Assembly (NCBI GenBank): GCA_964016885.1
Contig: OZ024741.1
Span: 258,912,001 to 258,976,000 of the forward strand
Direction: 5' to 3'
From: Eledone cirrhosa
Lineage: Eukaryota
Length of the DNA stretch: 64,000 nucleotides
The notes beneath the pieces were generated by a model. That model searched no databases. It saw nothing but the letters and a program-made list of their open reading frames with translations, and had not been told where the DNA came from. Below, one piece after another: positions 11,589-25,891 of this stretch. Each line of letters starts with the position of its first letter. Position 1 is the stretch's first letter. The translations under genes and the position numbers were made by a program.

Positions 11589-12325
11589 AGATCAAAAGGT
11601 TGAATTTTATGTGCATAACAAACACTCCCTGAAACATAAGTAATAAACATGTAAAGTTTGAAAAAAATCGGTTGGGTACTTCTCGCATTTTAGGGATTCA
11701 AACTCACAGACACACACACAGACAGACATCCTCAGGGAAGTGACGTAATGCAGACAGCCAGACATACAGACAGATATTATAAGGGCACGACGTTATATGT
11801 ATGTATCTATCTTAAAAGAGAAAGACTAAGAATTATAGAGAGAGATCGCTAAATCGCCTAATGTGGTCCCTAGGGCATTGAAAATTTGAAATATTTTTTG
11901 CTCAGAACACTCCCTGAAACATAAGTATTACATGTGTAAAGTTCGAAAACAGTCGGTTGGGTGGTTCTCGAGTTTTAAGGATTGAAACTCACACACAGAC
12001 AGACATCCTCAGTTTTATATATATAGACTAGCAGAAAACCACCCGGTGAGCGGTTTTCTGCTAGCAAATCTAGTGTATATACTGATATTGTTGAGATTTG
12101 GATGAGAAATGTTTTTGGCACCACATGTTCAAGCGTCTCTCGGTGTGTCTTTTATGCATGTATAAATATATGTTATCTATACGGTGAAATCTTTGAAATA
12201 AATATATGTTAAAACGAAAAAGGAGAAAAAGAGATTAGTGACGGAAATATAAACGTTATGATATAACGATGGAAATATATAAACGTTTACGATAAAACGA
12301 TGGAAATAGAAACGTTTATATATAA
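11589..12325. repeat. A module copy 3
   Basis: Near-identical copy; junction at 12027/12028. Confidence 0.95.
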
Positions 12326-14111
12326 TAAGCCGAAAGACTCGTAAGCTGAAACACTCGTAAGCCGAAACACTCATAAGTCGAAACACTCGTAAGTCGAAAC
12401 ACACGTAAGCCGAAACACTGAAACACTCGTAAGCCGAAACACTCGTAAGTCGAAACACTCGTAAGCCGAAACACTCGTAAGCCGAAACACTCGTAAGCCG
12501 AAATACTCGTAAGTCAAAACGCTCGTATGTCGAAACACTCGTAAACCGAAACACGCGTAAGCCGGAACACTCGTAAGTCGAAACACTCGTACGCCGAAAC
12601 ACTCGTAAGTCGGAGCACTCGTAAGTCGAAACACCGTAAGTCAAAACACTCGTAAGTCGAAACACTCGTAAGCCAAAAATACTCGTAAGTCGAAACACCC
12701 TTAAGTCAAAACACTCGTAAGTCGAAACTCTCGTAAGCCGAAACACCCGTAAGTCAAAACACCCGTAAGTCGAAACACTCGTAAGTCGAAACACTCGTAC
12801 GCCGAAACACTCGTAAGTAAAAACATTAGTAAGTCGAAACACTCGTAAGCCGAAAGACTCGTAAGTCGAAACACTCGTAAGCCGAAGCACCCGTAAGTCA
12901 AAACATTCGTAAGTCAAAACACTCGTAAGTCGAAACACTCGTAAGTAGAAACACTCGTAAGTCAAATCTCTCGTACGCCGAAACACTCGTAAGTAAAAAC
13001 ATTAGGAAGTCGAAACACTCGTAAGCCGAAACACTCGTAAGCCGAAACACTCATAAGTCGAAACACTCGTAAGTCGAAACACACGTAAGCCGAAACACTG
13101 AAACACTCGTAAGCCGAAACACTCGTAAGTCGAAACACTCGTAAGCCGAAACACTCGTAAGCCGAAACACTCGTAAGCCGAAATACTCGTAAGTCAAAAC
13201 ATTCGTAAGCCGAAACACTCGTAAGTGGAAACACGCGTAAGCCGGAACACTCGTAAGTCGAAACACTCGTACGCCGAAACACTCGTAAGTCGGAACACTC
13301 GTAAGTCGAAACACCGTAAGTCAAAACACTCGTATGTCGAAACATCCGTAAATCAGAACACTCGTAAGTCAAAACACTCGTAAGTCGAAACACTCGTAAG
13401 CCAAAAATACTCGTAAGTCGAAACACCCTTAAGTCAAAACACTCTTAAGTCGAAACACTCGTAAGCCGAAACACGCGTAAGTCAAAACACCCGTAAGTCG
13501 AAACACTCGTAAGTCAAATCTCTCGTACGCCGAAACACTCGTAAGTAAAAACATTAGTAAGTCGAAACACTCGTAAGCCGAAACACTCATAAGTCGAAAC
13601 ACTCGTAAGCCGAAACACCCGTAAGTCAAAACATTCGTAAGTCAAAACACTCGTAAGTCGAAACACCCGTAAGTCAAAACACTCGTATGTCGAAACACTC
13701 GTAAGCCGAAACAAGGTAAGTAATAACACTCGTAAGTCGAAACACCCATAAGTCGAAACACTCGTAAGCCGAAACACTCGTAAGTCGAAACACTCATAAG
13801 CCGAAACACTCGTAAGTCGGAACACTCGTAAATCAGAACACCCGCAAGTCAGAACACTCGTAAATCAGAACACTCTTAAGTCGAAACTCACGTAAGCCGA
13901 AACACTCGTAAGTCGAAACACTCGTAAGTCGAAACATCCTTAAGTTGAAACACTCGTACACCGAAACACTCGTAAGTATAAACATTAGTAAGTCGAAACA
14001 CTCGTAAGTCGAAAGACCCGTAAGTCAATACTCTCGTAAGTCAAAACACTCGTAAGCCGAAACACTCGTAAGTCGAAACACTCGTAAGTCGAAACATTCG
14101 TAAAGCGAAAC

Positions 14112-14181
14112 GTATAAATAAAGATTAATGTAATGAACTTGAAAAGCATAGATATTTGAAACCGCGTCTATTTGTTATTTT
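14112..14181. repeat. B module copy 4
   Basis: Same 70-bp sequence. Confidence 0.95.
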
Positions 14182-15367
14182 CGTAAGTCGAAACACTCGT
14201 AAGTCAGAACACTCGTAAGTCAGAACACTCTTAAGTCAGAACACTCGTATCGAAACACTCGTATGTCAAAACACCCGTAAGTCAAAACATTCGTAAGTCG
14301 AAACACTCGTAAGTCGAAACACTCGTAAGCCGAAACAATCGTAAGTCAAAACACTCGTAAGTCGAAACACTCGTAAGCCGAAAATACTCGTAAGTCGGAA
14401 CACCCGTAAGCCGAAACCCTCGTAATTCGAAACACTCGTAAGCCGAAACACCCGTAACTCAGAACATTCGTAAGTCAAAACACTCGTAAGTCGAAACACT
14501 CGTAAGTCGAAACACTCGTAAGTCGAAACACTCGTAAGTCGAAACACCCGTAAGTCAAAACACTCATAAGTCAGAACACTCGTAGGTCAGAACACTCGTA
14601 AGTCGAAACACTCGTAAGTCAGAACACTCGTAACACTCGTAAGTCGAAACACTCGTATCGAAACACTCGTATGTCAAAACACCCGTAAGTCATAACACTC
14701 GTAAGTCGAAACACTCGTAAGCAGAAACACTCGTAAGTCGAAACATTCGTAAGCCGAAACACTCGTAAGTCGAAACACTCGTAAATCGTAACACTCGTAA
14801 GTCGAAACACTCGTAAGTCGAAACACTCGTAAGTCGAAACACTCGTAAGCCGAAACACTCGTAAGCCGAAACACTCGTAAGTCGGAACACTCGTAAGTCA
14901 GAACGCTCGTAAGTCAGAACACTCGTAAGTCAGAACACTCGTAAGTCAGAACACTCGTAAGTCAGAACACTCGTAAGTCGAAACACTCGTATCGAAACAC
15001 TCGTATGTCAAAACACTCGTAAGTCAAAACACTCGAAAGTCGAAACACTCGTAAGTCGAAACACTCGTAAGTCGAAACATTCGTAAGCCGAAACACTCGT
15101 AAGTCGAAACACTCGTAAGTCGTAACACTCGTAAGTCGAAACACTCGTAAGTCGAAACACTCGTAAGTCGAAACACTCGTAAGCCGAAACACTCGTAAGC
15201 CGAAACACTCGTAAGTCGGAACACTCGTAAGTCAGAACGCTCGTAAGTCAGAACACTCGTAAGTCAGAACACTCGTAAGTCAGAACACTCGTAAGTCAGA
15301 ACACTCGTAAGTCAGAACACTCGTAAGTCGAAACACTCGTATCGAAACACTCGTAAGTCAAAACACC

Positions 15368-16108
15368 AGATCAAAAGGTTGAATTTTATGTGCATAACAA
15401 ACACTCCCTGAAACATAAGTAATACACATGTAAAGTTTGAAAAAAATCGGTTGGGTACTTCTCGCATTTTAGGGATTCAAACTCACAGACACACACACAC
15501 AGAGACAGACATCCTCAGGGAAGTGACGTAATGCAGACAGCCAGACATACAGACAGATATTATAAGGGCACGACGTTATATGTATGTATCTATCTAAAAA
15601 GAGAAAGACTAAGAATTATAGAGAGAGATCGCTAAATCGCCTAATGTTGTCCCTAGGGCATTGAAAATTTGAAATATTTTTTGCTCAGAACACTCCCTGA
15701 AACATAAGTATTACATGTGTAAAGTTCGAAAACAGTCGGTTGGGTGGTTCTCGAGTTTTAAGGATTGAAACTCACACACAGACAGACATCCTCAGTTTTA
15801 TATATATAGACTAGCAGAAAACCACCCGGTGAGCGGTTTTCTGCTAGCAAATCTAGTGTATATACTGATATTGTTGAGATTTGAATGAGAAATGTTTTTG
15901 GCACCACATGTTCAAGCGTCTCTCGGTGTGTCTTTTATGCATGTATAAATATATATGTTATCTATACGGTGAAATCTTTGAAATAAATATGTTAAAACGA
16001 AAAAGGAGAAAAAGAGATTAGTGACGGAAATATAAACGTTATGATATAACGATGGAAATATATAAACGTTTACGATAAAACGATGGAAATAGAAACGTTT
16101 ATATATAA
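15368..16108. repeat. A module copy 4
   Basis: Near-identical copy; junction at 15810/15811; shares diagnostic variants (AATACACATG, ATGTTGTCCC) with copy 2. Confidence 0.95.
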
Positions 16109-18567
16109 TAAGCCGAAAGACTCGTAAGCCGAAACACTCGTAAACCGAAACACTCATAAGTCGAAATACTCGTAAGTCGAAACACACGTAAGCCGAAACA
16201 CTCGTAAGTGGAAACACGCGTAAGCCGAAATACTCGTAAGTCAAAACATTCGTAAGCCGAAACACTCGTAAGTGGAAACACGCGTAAGCCGGAACACTCG
16301 TAAGTCGAAACACTCGTACGCCGAAACACTCGTAAGTCGGAACACACGTAACTCAGAACACTCGTCAGTCAGAACACTCGTAAGTCGAAACACTCGTAAG
16401 TCAAAACACTCGTAAGTCGAAACACTCGTAAGTCGAAACACACGTAAGCCGAAACACTGAAACACTCGTAAGCCGAAACACTCGTAAGTCGAAACACTCG
16501 CAAGTCGAAGTAAGTCAAAACATTCGTAAGTAAAAGCACTCGTAAGTCGAAACACTCGTAAGTCGAAACAATCATAAGTCAAAACACTCATACGCTGAAA
16601 CACTCGTAAGTCGAAACACTCGTAAGTCGAAGCGCTCGTAAGTCGAAACACTCTTAAGTCGAAACACCCGTAAGTCGAAATACCCGTAAGTCAAAACACT
16701 CGTATGTCGAAACACTCGTAAGCCGAAACACCGTAAGTCAAAACACTCGTAAGTCGAAACACTCGTAAGTCGAAACACTCGTAAGCCGAAACACGCGTAA
16801 GCCAAAACATTCGTAAGTCGAAACACTCGTAAGCCGAAACACTCGTAAGTCGAAACACTCGTAAGCCGAAGCACTCGTAAGTCGAAACCCTCATAAGCCG
16901 AAACACTCGTAAGTCGGAACACTCGTAAGTCAGAACACCCGTAAGTCAGAACACTCGTAAGTCAGAACACTCGTAAGTCAGAACACTCGTAAGTCAGAAC
17001 ACTCGTATCGAAACACTCGTATGTCAAAACACCCGTAAGTCAAAACACTCGTAAGTCGAAACACTCGTAAGCCGAAACACGGTAAGTCAAAACACTCGTA
17101 AGTCGAAACACTCGTAAGCCGAAACATTCGTAAGCCAAAACAATCGTAAGTCAAAACAATCGTAAGCCGAAACACTCGTAAGTCGGAACACCCGTAAGTC
17201 AGAACACTCGTAAGTCGAAACACTCGTAAGTCGAAACACTCGTAAGTCGAAACACGCGTAAGTCAGAACACTCGTAGGACAGAACATTCGTAAGTCGAAA
17301 CACTCGTAAGTCAGAACACTCGTAACACTCGTAAGTCGAAACACTCGTATCGAAACACTCGTATGTCAAAACACCCGTAAGTCATAACACTCGTAAGCCG
17401 AAACACTCGTAAGCCGAAACACTCGTAAGCCGAAATACTCGTAAGTGGAAACACGCGTAAGCCGGAAAACTCGTAAGTCGAAACACTCGCAAGTCGAAAC
17501 ACTCGTAAGACGAAACACTCGTAAGTAGGAACACTCGTATGTCAGATCACTCGTAAGTCGAAGTAAGTCGAAACACTCGTAAGTCAAAACACTCATACGC
17601 TGAAACACTCGTAAGTCGAAACACCCGTAAGTCGAAGCGCTCGTAAATCGAAACACTCGTATGTCGAAACACTCGTAAGCCGAAACACCGTAAGTCAAAA
17701 CACTCGTAGGTCGAAACACTCGTAAGTCGAAACACTCGTAAGTCGAAACACTCGTAAGCCGAAACACTCGTAAGTCGAAACACTCGTAAGCCGAAGCACT
17801 CATAAGTCGAAACCCTCATAAGCCGAAACACTCGTAAGTCGGAACACTCGTAAGTCAGAACACCCGTAAGTCAGAACACTCGTAAGTCAGAATACTCGTA
17901 AGTCAGAACACTCGTATCGAAACACTCGTATGTCAAAACACCCGTAAGTCAAAACACTCGTAAGTCGAAACACTCGTAAGCCGAAACACCGTAAGTCAAA
18001 ACACTCGTAAGTCGAATCACTCGTAAGCCGAAACATTCGTAAGCCAAAACAATCGTAAATCAAAACAATCGTAAGTCGAAACACTCGTAAGTCGGACCAT
18101 TCGTAGTCGAAACACGCGTAAGTCAGAACACTCGTAGGTCAGAACATTCGTAAGTCGAAACACTCGTAAATCAGAACACTCGTAACACTCGTAAGTCGAA
18201 ACACTCGTATCGAAACACTCGTATGTCAAAACACCCGTAAGTCATAACACTCGTAAGTCGAAACACTCGTAAGCAGAAACACCGTAAGTCAAAACACTCG
18301 TAAATCAAAACACTCGTAAATCGAAACACTCGTAAGTCGAAACACTCGTAAGTCGGAACACTCGTAAACCGAAACACTCGTAAGTCGGAACGCTCGTAAG
18401 TCGGAACACTCGTAAGTCAGAACACTCGTAAGTCGAAACACTCGTAAGCCGAAACACCCGTAAGTCAATACACTCTTAAGTCAAAACACTCGTAAGACGA
18501 AACACACGTAAGTCAAAACACTCGTAAGTCGAAACACTCGTACGCCGAAACACTCGTAAAGCGAAAC

Positions 18568-18637
18568 GTATAAATAAAGATTAATGTAATGAATTTGAAA
18601 AGCATAGATATTTGAAACCGCGTCTATTTGTTATTTT
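18568..18637. repeat. B module copy 5
   Basis: Same 70-bp sequence. Confidence 0.95.
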
Positions 18638-19423
18638 CCTAAGTCGAAACACTCGTAAGCCGAAACACTCGTAAGTCGAAACACTCGTAAGTCGGAACAT
18701 TCGTAAGTCGAAACACTCGTAAGTCGAAACACTCGTAAGTCGAAACACGCGTAAGCCGAAACACCCGTAAGTTAAAACACTCGTAAGTCGAAACACTCGT
18801 AAGCCGAAACACCCGTAAGTCAGAACATTCGTAAGTCAAAACACTCGTAAGTCGAAACACTCGTAAGTCGAAACACTCATAAGTCGAAACACTCGTAAGT
18901 CGAAACACCCGTAAGTCAAAACACTCGTAAGTCAGAACACTCGTAGGTCAGAACACTCGTAAGTCGAAACACTCGTAAGTCAGAACACTCGTAACACTCG
19001 TAAGTCGAAACACTCGTATCGAAACACTCGTATGTCAAAACACCCGTAAGTCATAACACTCGTAAGTCGAAACACTCGTAAGCAGAAACACCGTAAGTCA
19101 AATCACTCGTAAGTCAAAACACTCGAAAGTCGAAACACTCGTAAGTCGAAACACTCGTAAGTCGAAACACTCGTAAGCCGAAACACTCGTAAGTCGAAAC
19201 ACTCGTAAGTCGTAACACTCGTAAGTCGAAACACTCGTAAGCCGAAACAATCGTATGTCGGAACACTCGTAAGTCAGAACGCTCGTAAGTCAGAACACTC
19301 GTAAGTCAGAGCACTCGTAAGTCAGAACACTCGTAAGTCAGAACACTCGTAAGTCAGAACACTCGTAAGTCGAAACACTCGTATCGAAACACTCGTATCG
19401 AAACACTCGTAAGTCAAAACACC

Positions 19424-20163
19424 AGATCAAAAGGTTGAATTTTATGTGCATAACAAACACTCCCTGAAACATAAATAATAAACATGTAAAGTTTGAAAAA
19501 AATCGGTTGGGTACTTCTCGCATTTTAGGGATTCAAACTCACAGACACACACACACACACAGACAGACATCCTCAGGGAAGTGACGTAATGCAGACAGCC
19601 AGACATACAGACAGATATTATAAGGGCACGACGTTATATGTATCTATCTAAAAAGAGAAAGACTAAGAATTATAGAGAAAGATCGCTAAATCGCCTAATG
19701 TGGTCCCTAGGGCATTGAAAATTTGAAATATTTTTTGCTCAGAACACTCCCTGAAACATAAGTATTACATGTGTAAAGTTCGAAAACAGTCGGTTGGGTG
19801 GTTCTCGAGTTTTAAGGATTGAAACTCACACACAGACAGACATCCTCAGTTTTATATATATAGACTAGCAGAAAACCACCCGGTGAGCGGTTTTCTGCTA
19901 GCAAATCTAGTGTATATACTGATATTGTTGAGATTTGGATGAGAAATGTTTTTGGCACCACATGTTCACCGTCTCTCGGTGTGTCTTTTATGCATGTATA
20001 AATATATATGTTATCTATACGGTGAAATCTTTGAAATAAATATATGTTAAAACGAAAAAGGAAAAAAAGAGATTAGTGACGGAAATATAAACGTTATGAT
20101 ATAACGATGGAAATATATAAACGTTTACGATAAAACGAAGGAAATAGAAACGTTTATATATAA
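19424..20163. repeat. A module copy 5
   Basis: Near-identical copy; junction at 19864/19865. Confidence 0.95.
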
Positions 20164-21751
20164 TAAGCCGAAAGACTCGTAAGCAGAAACACTCGTAAGC
20201 CGAAACACTCATAAGTCGAAACACTCGTAAGTCGAAACACACGTAAGCCGAAACACTGAAACACTCGTAAGCCGAAACACTCGTAAGTCGAAACACTCGT
20301 AAGCCGAAACACTCGTAAGCCGAAATAATCGTAAGTCAAAACATTCGTAAGCCGAAACACTCGTAAGTGGAAACACGCGTTAGCCGGAACACTCGTAAGT
20401 CGAAACACTCGTACGCCGAAACCCTCGTAAGTCGGAACACTCGTAACTCAGAACACTCGTCAGTCAGAACACTCGTAAGTCGAAACACCCGTAAGTCAAA
20501 ACACTCGTAAGTCGAAACACTCGTAAGTCAGAACACTCGTAGGTCAGAACACTCGTAAGTCGAAACACTCGTATCGAAACACTCGTATGTCAAAACAACC
20601 GTAAGTCATAACACTCGTAAGACGAAACACTCGTAACTCGAAACACTCGTAAGTCGAAACACTCGTAAGTCGAAACACCCGTAAGTCAAAACACCCGTAA
20701 GTCATAACACTCCTAAGTCGAAACACTCTTAAGTCGAAACACCCGTAAGTCGAAACACACGTAAGTCAAAACACTCGTATGTCGAAACACTCGTAAGCCG
20801 AAACACCGTAAGTCAAAACACTCGTAAGTCGAAACACTCGTAAGTCGAAACACTCGTAAGTCGAAACACTCGTAGGCCGAAACACTCGTAAGCCAAAACA
20901 TTCGTAAGTCGAAACACTCGTAAGCCGAAACACTCGTAAGTCGAAACACTCGTAACCCGAAGCACTCGTAAGTCGAAACCCTCATAAGCCGAAACACTCG
21001 TAAGTCGGTAGACTCGTAAGTCAGAACACCCGTAAGTCAGAACACTCGTAAGTCAGAACACTCGTAAGTCAGAACACTCGTAAGTCAGAACACTCGTATC
21101 GAAACACTCGTATGTCAAAACACCCGTAAGTCAAAACACTCGTAAGTCGAAACACTCGTAAGCCGAAACATTCGTAAGTCAAAACAATCGTAAGCCGAAA
21201 CACTTGTAAGTCGAAACACCCGTAAGTCAGAACATTCGTAAGTCAAAACACTCGTAAGTCGAAACACTCGTAAGTCGAAACACTCGTAAGTCGAAACACG
21301 CGTAAGTCAGAACACTCGTAGGTCAGAACATTCGTAAGTCGAAACACTCGTAAGTCAGAACACTCGTAACACTCGTAAGTCGAAACACTCGTATCGAAAC
21401 ACTCGTATGTCAAAACACCCGTAAGTCATAACACTCGTAAGTCGAAACACTCGTAAGCAGAAACACCGTAAGTCAAAACACTCGTAAGTCAAAACACTCG
21501 TAAGTCGAAACACTCGTATGTCGAAACACTCGTAAGTCGGAACACTCGTAAGCCGAAACACTCGTAAGTCGGAACGCTCGTAAGTCGGAACACTCGTAAG
21601 TCAGAACACTCTTAAGTCGAAACACACGTAAGCCGAAACACCCGTAAGTCAAAACACTCTTAAGTCAAAACACTCGTAAGCCGAAACACACGTAAGTCAA
21701 AACACTCGTAAGTCGAAACACTCGTACGCCGAAACACTCGTAAAGCGAAAC

Positions 21752-21821
21752 GTATAAATAAAGATTAATGTAATGAATTTGAAAAGCATAGATATTTGAA
21801 ACCGCGTCTATTTGTTATTTT
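21752..21821. repeat. B module copy 6
   Basis: Same 70-bp sequence. Confidence 0.95.
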
Positions 21822-22657
21822 CGTAAGTCGAAACACTCGTAAGCCGAAACACTCGTAAGTCGAAACACTCGTAAGTCGAAACATTCGTAAGTCGAAACAC
21901 TCGTAAGTCGAAACACTCGTAAGTCGAAACACGCGTAAGTCGAAACACCCGTAAGTTAAAACACTCGTAAGTCGAAACACTCGTAAGCCGAAACACCCGT
22001 AAGTCAGAACATTCGTAAGTCAAAACACTCGTAAGTCGAAACACTCGTAAGTCGAAACACTCGTAAGTCGAAACAGTCGTAAGTCGAAACACCCGTAAGT
22101 CAAAACACTCGTAAGTCAGAACACTCGTAAGTCGAAACACTCGTAAGTCAGAACACTCGTAACACTCGTAAGTCGAAACACTCGTATCGAAACACTCGTA
22201 TGTCAAAACTCCCGTAAGTCATAACACTCGTAAGTCGAAACACTCGTAAGCAGAAACACCGTAAGTCAAAACACTTGTAAGTCAAAACACTCGAAAGTCG
22301 AAACACTCGTAAGTCGAAACACTCGTAAGTCGAAACACTCGTAAGCAGAAACACCGTAAGTCAAAACACTCGTAAGTCAAAACACTCGAAAGTCGAAACA
22401 CTCGTAAGTCGAAACACTCGTAAGCCGAAACACTCGTAAGTCGAAACACTCGTAAGTCGTAAAAACTCGTAAGTCGAAACACTCGTAAGTCGAAACACTC
22501 GTAAGCCGAAACACTCGTAAGCCGAAACACTCGTAAGTCGGAACACTCGTAAGTCAGAACGCTCGTAAGTCAGATCACTCGTAAGTCAGAACACTCGTAA
22601 GTCAGAACACTCGTAAGTCGAAACACTCGTATCGAAACACTCGTAAGTCAAAACACC

Positions 22658-23397
22658 AGATCAAAAGGTTGAATTTTATGTGCATAACAAACACTCCCTG
22701 AAACATAAGTAATAAACATGTAAAGTTTGAAAAAAATCGGTTGGGTACTTCTCGCATTTTAGGGATTCAAACTCACAGACACACACACACACACAGACAG
22801 ACATCCTCAGGGAAGTGACGTAATGCAGACAGCCAGACATACAGACAGATATTATAAGGGCACGACGTTATATGTATCTATCTAAAAAGAGAAAGACTAA
22901 GAATTATAGAGAAAGATCGCTAAATCGCCTAATGTGGTCCCTAGGGCATTGAAAATTTGAAATATTTTTTGCTCAGAACACTCCCTGAAACATAAGTATT
23001 ACATGTGTAAAGTTCGAAAACAGTCGGTTGGGTGGTTCTCGAGTTTTAAGGATTGAAACTCACACACAGACAGACATCCTCAGTTTTATATATATAGACT
23101 AGCAGAAAACCACCCGGTGAGCGGTTTTCTGCTAGCAAATCTAGTGTATATACTGATATTGTTGAGATTTGGATGAGAAATGTTTTTGGCACCACATGTT
23201 CACCGTCTCTCGGTGTGTCTTTTATGCATGTATAAATATATATGTTATCTATACGGTGAAATCTTTGAAATAAATATATGTTAAAACGAAAAAGGAAAAA
23301 AAGAGATTAGTGACGGAAATATAAACGTTATGATATAACGATGGAAATATATAAACGTTTACGATAAAACGAAGGAAATAGAAACGTTTATATATAA
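22658..23397. repeat. A module copy 6 (apparent recombinant of copies 7 and 5)
   Basis: Near-identical copy; junction at 23098/23099. Confidence 0.95.
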
Positions 23398-24985
23398 TAA
23401 GCCGAAAGACTCGTAAGCAGAAACACTCGTAAGCCGAAACACTCATAAGTCGAAACACTCGTAAGTCGAAACACACGTAAGCCGAAACACTGAAACACTC
23501 GTAAGCCGAAACACTCGTAAGTCGAAACACTCGTAAGCCGAAACACTCGTAAGCCGAAATAATCGTAAGTCAAAACATTCGTAAGCCGAAACACTCGTAA
23601 GTGGAAACACGCGTTAGCCGGAACACTCGTAAGTCGAAACACTCGTACGCCGAAACCCTCGTAAGTCGGAACACTCGTAACTCAGAACACTCGTCAGTCA
23701 GAACACTCGTAAGTCGAAACACCCGTAAGTCAAAACACTCGTAAGTCGAAACACTCGTAAGTCAGAACACTCGTAGGTCAGAACACTCGTAAGTCGAAAC
23801 ACTCGTATCGAAACACTCGTATGTCAAAACAACCGTAAGTCATAACACTCGTAAGACGAAACACTCGTAACTCGAAACACTCGTAAGTCGAAACACTCGT
23901 AAGTCGAAACACCCGTAAGTCAAAACACCCGTAAGTCATAACACTCCTAAGTCGAAACACTCTTAAGTCGAAACACCCGTAAGTCGAAACACACGTAAGT
24001 CAAAACACTCGTATGTCGAAACACTCGTAAGCCGAAACACCGTAAGTCAAAACACTCGTAAGTCGAAACACTCGTAAGTCGAAACACTCGTAAGTCGAAA
24101 CACTCGTAGGCCGAAACACTCGTAAGCCAAAACATTCGTAAGTCGAAACACTCGTAAGCCGAAACACTCGTAAGTCGAAACACTCGTAACCCGAAGCACT
24201 CGTAAGTCGAAACCCTCATAAGCCGAAACACTCGTAAGTCGGTAGACTCGTAAGTCAGAACACCCGTAAGTCAGAACACTCGTAAGTCAGAACACTCGTA
24301 AGTCAGAACACTCGTAAGTCAGAACACTCGTATCGAAACACTCGTATGTCAAAACACCCGTAAGTCAAAACACTCGTAAGTCGAAACACTCGTAAGCCGA
24401 AACATTCGTAAGTCAAAACAATCGTAAGCCGAAACACTTGTAAGTCGAAACACCCGTAAGTCAGAACATTCGTAAGTCAAAACACTCGTAAGTCGAAACA
24501 CTCGTAAGTCGAAACACTCGTAAGTCGAAACACGCGTAAGTCAGAACACTCGTAGGTCAGAACATTCGTAAGTCGAAACACTCGTAAGTCAGAACACTCG
24601 TAACACTCGTAAGTCGAAACACTCGTATCGAAACACTCGTATGTCAAAACACCCGTAAGTCATAACACTCGTAAGTCGAAACACTCGTAAGCAGAAACAC
24701 CGTAAGTCAAAACACTCGTAAGTCAAAACACTCGTAAGTCGAAACACTCGTATGTCGAAACACTCGTAAGTCGGAACACTCGTAAGCCGAAACACTCGTA
24801 AGTCGGAACGCTCGTAAGTCGGAACACTCGTAAGTCAGAACACTCTTAAGTCGAAACACACGTAAGCCGAAACACCCGTAAGTCAAAACACTCTTAAGTC
24901 AAAACACTCGTAAGCCGAAACACACGTAAGTCAAAACACTCGTAAGTCGAAACACTCGTACGCCGAAACACTCGTAAAGCGAAAC

Positions 24986-25055
24986 GTATAAATAAAGATT
25001 AATGTAATGAATTTGAAAAGCATAGATATTTGAAACCGCGTCTATTTGTTATTTT
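24986..25055. repeat. B module copy 7
   Basis: Same 70-bp sequence. Confidence 0.95.
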
Positions 25056-25891
25056 CGTAAGTCGAAACACTCGTAAGCCGAAACACTCGTAAGTCGAAAC
25101 ACTCGTAAGTCGAAACATTCGTAAGTCGAAACACTCGTAAGTCGAAACACTCGTAAGTCGAAACACGCGTAAGTCGAAACACCCGTAAGTTAAAACACTC
25201 GTAAGTCGAAACACTCGTAAGCCGAAACACCCGTAAGTCAGAACATTCGTAAGTCAAAACACTCGTAAGTCGAAACACTCGTAAGTCGAAACACTCGTAA
25301 GTCGAAACAGTCGTAAGTCGAAACACCCGTAAGTCAAAACACTCGTAAGTCAGAACACTCGTAAGTCGAAACACTCGTAAGTCAGAACACTCGTAACACT
25401 CGTAAGTCGAAACACTCGTATCGAAACACTCGTATGTCAAAACTCCCGTAAGTCATAACACTCGTAAGTCGAAACACTCGTAAGCAGAAACACCGTAAGT
25501 CAAAACACTTGTAAGTCAAAACACTCGAAAGTCGAAACACTCGTAAGTCGAAACACTCGTAAGTCGAAACACTCGTAAGCAGAAACACCGTAAGTCAAAA
25601 CACTCGTAAGTCAAAACACTCGAAAGTCGAAACACTCGTAAGTCGAAACACTCGTAAGCCGAAACACTCGTAAGTCGAAACACTCGTAAGTCGTAAAAAC
25701 TCGTAAGTCGAAACACTCGTAAGTCGAAACACTCGTAAGCCGAAACACTCGTAAGCCGAAACACTCGTAAGTCGGAACACTCGTAAGTCAGAACGCTCGT
25801 AAGTCAGATCACTCGTAAGTCAGAACACTCGTAAGTCAGAACACTCGTAAGTCGAAACACTCGTATCGAAACACTCGTAAGTCAAAACACC

